Below, in pieces: positions 62,675 through 64,000 of a DNA stretch of 64,000 nucleotides; the stretch's first letter is position 1, and every line of letters starts with the position of its first letter. A program made the translations under genes and the position numbers. Source of the DNA: Azolla caroliniana (taxonomy: Eukaryota; Plantae; Polypodiophyta). Under the pieces are notes generated by a model. It did no database searches, had not been told where the DNA came from, and saw only the letters and a program-made list of their open reading frames with translations. The stretch is taken from contig JBHGNT010000013.1 in NCBI GenBank assembly GCA_043228905.1, positions 19,406,001-19,470,000 on the forward strand, read 5' to 3'.

Positions 62675-64000
62675 TCAAAAGGTGGGTAAAAGAATACGTG
62701 TGTGGAAGCGTATGCAAAAGACACAGAGTACACGGTTTGGAAGTGCGACAGTTCGGTAAAACACAGAAATCACAGAGAAGGAGAGGGAGAGACAAAGAGA
62801 CCAGAAAATGAAACTATATTAAAAAATAATTCTCTGTTTGTTCTCTATACATACTTTGTGCTTAGTGAGCACCTTTTATACAAGCCATGACTATTGGGCT
62901 AACACAAATACTTACAGTACTTGACTGCTCATAAATGAGCATCCTACACTTACGCCCAAAATTATTCCTTTGCGAGGAATAACATTCTAACGGCCTCTCG
63001 GTTTGCACACAGTTTTATGCACCCAGTCTACGCACTGGGTTACGCACCCGTTTACGCATCCAATGTTGAGCTTGTCTCTCAACACTCCCCCTCAAGCTCA
63101 ACTTGAGGTTCCATCAGCTTTTCCGGATATTCACTCCGGCCTCTCCTGGCTTCACACCTCGCTCGCGCTCCTTGACCCGTTCGATTCTGCGCACCCCGAT
63201 AGGCCCTTGACAACATCAAACCACATCTTGGTCTTGGCCTTTACGCCCTTCTTGGCTGTATTTCCCCTTTGTTCAGCTGTCTTCGGCTCTTCCTTGCGAT
63301 TATGGACCATGTTTCCTTCTTCGGCTTCTTCAGTCGGCCCGAAATCGAATTCTTCATCCGTCTCGGCATCACGGTTACTACCGCTCCTTTCATGCTCCTA
63401 TTCCTATTTCCCTCTCAAGTTTAGTGTGTCGAGGTGACACAAACCCAGCTCACCCAAGAAATGCCGCAACTTGTCGAGATCAAGGGACTTGGTGAAGATG
63501 TTGGCAATCTTCCGACACGTGGGAACATCCACTAGTTCGACTTCACCAGAAAGGACACACTCGCGGACAAAATGGTAGTGCACCTCAATGTGCTTGGTCC
63601 AGGCGTGGGTTGGGTGTAGGTTGTGACATAAACTGACTGATCAAGCCAACCGGGTAACTGAGATCCGGCCGTGTAATCGTCAAATAGATTAGGCTTCCGA
63701 CAATCTGTCGGAACTGTGTCGTGTCGCATGCCTTCCCTGACTCTCGGCGAAGCTTTACATTTCTATCCAGAGGGGTCGAGATGGGCTTACAATCTGCCAT
63801 CCCGAACTTGAAGAGCATATTCAGTGCGTAATGACGTTGACTAATCAATATGCATTCGGGGGAATGGATCACTTCGATCCCAAGGAAGTAATGAAGGTCT
63901 CCAAGATCCTTCATTTCGAATGATGCCGCAAGTTACGACTTGACGCAGCCGATTTCTTCCAGGTCGGCACCGACGACGACTAAATCGTCAACATACAGTA
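62675..64000 (-). mobile_element. Second Ty1/copia element (3' part); left boundary uncertain, runs off the window
   Basis: RT LYVDDL...FEMKDLGDLHYFLGIEV...FRQIVGSLIYLTITRPDLSYPVGLISQFM, an internal deletion near 63605, and RNase H TKHIEVHYHFVRE. PPT TTGAGGGGGAG is adjacent to the LTR end at 63084. Confidence 0.88.

Larger units (their letters stand above)
43611..63084 (-). mobile_element. Ty1/copia LTR retrotransposon, degenerate and RT-deleted, interrupted by a 15-kb DNA transposon
   Basis: The 3' LTR is 43611-44013 (TGTAAAGAATC...TTCTCAACA) with an adjacent PPT. RNase H (HAPTKHIEVHYHFIRE) lies at ~44160-44660, integrase and GAG-pre-integrase at 44700-46280, protease WFVDSGASNHMT at ~61410, and gag at 61500-62370. 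A Met-tRNA PBS (TGGTATTAGAGT) is at 62525-62514, and the 5' LTR starts at 62526. Confidence 0.92.

Overview
AT-rich, intron-containing land-plant nuclear DNA; a fern-like host is my inference from the transposon repertoire. The left ~27 kb holds four host genes: a rhomboid-like protease (RBL14 type), an intronless uncharacterised protein whose 3' end and downstream region are tandemly duplicated, the 10-exon 26S proteasome subunit RPN8, and an intronless AMT1 ammonium transporter. The 27-43 kb region is intergenic with decayed LINEs and tRNA-like repeats. The 43.6-64 kb region is a resolvable transposon nest. A Ty1/copia element is split by a ~15 kb TIR DNA transposon (46291-61277; 36-bp TIRs, ATTA target duplication) that carries two divergent genes. 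One is a Sola-like DDD transposase. The other is a spliced gene encoding a ParB/Srx-like domain followed by a bacterial-type beta-class DNA amino-methyltransferase (DIPY ... NPYQKP ... DLFSGTG). The ORF track hides this gene because introns and two solo LTRs fragment it. A hAT element carrying captured VTI1 SNARE and MAP kinase fragments later inserted into the transposase. The methyltransferase-carrying transposon is the main candidate novel system, although this copy is pseudogenised. All family assignments come from motif recognition by eye; no searches were run.
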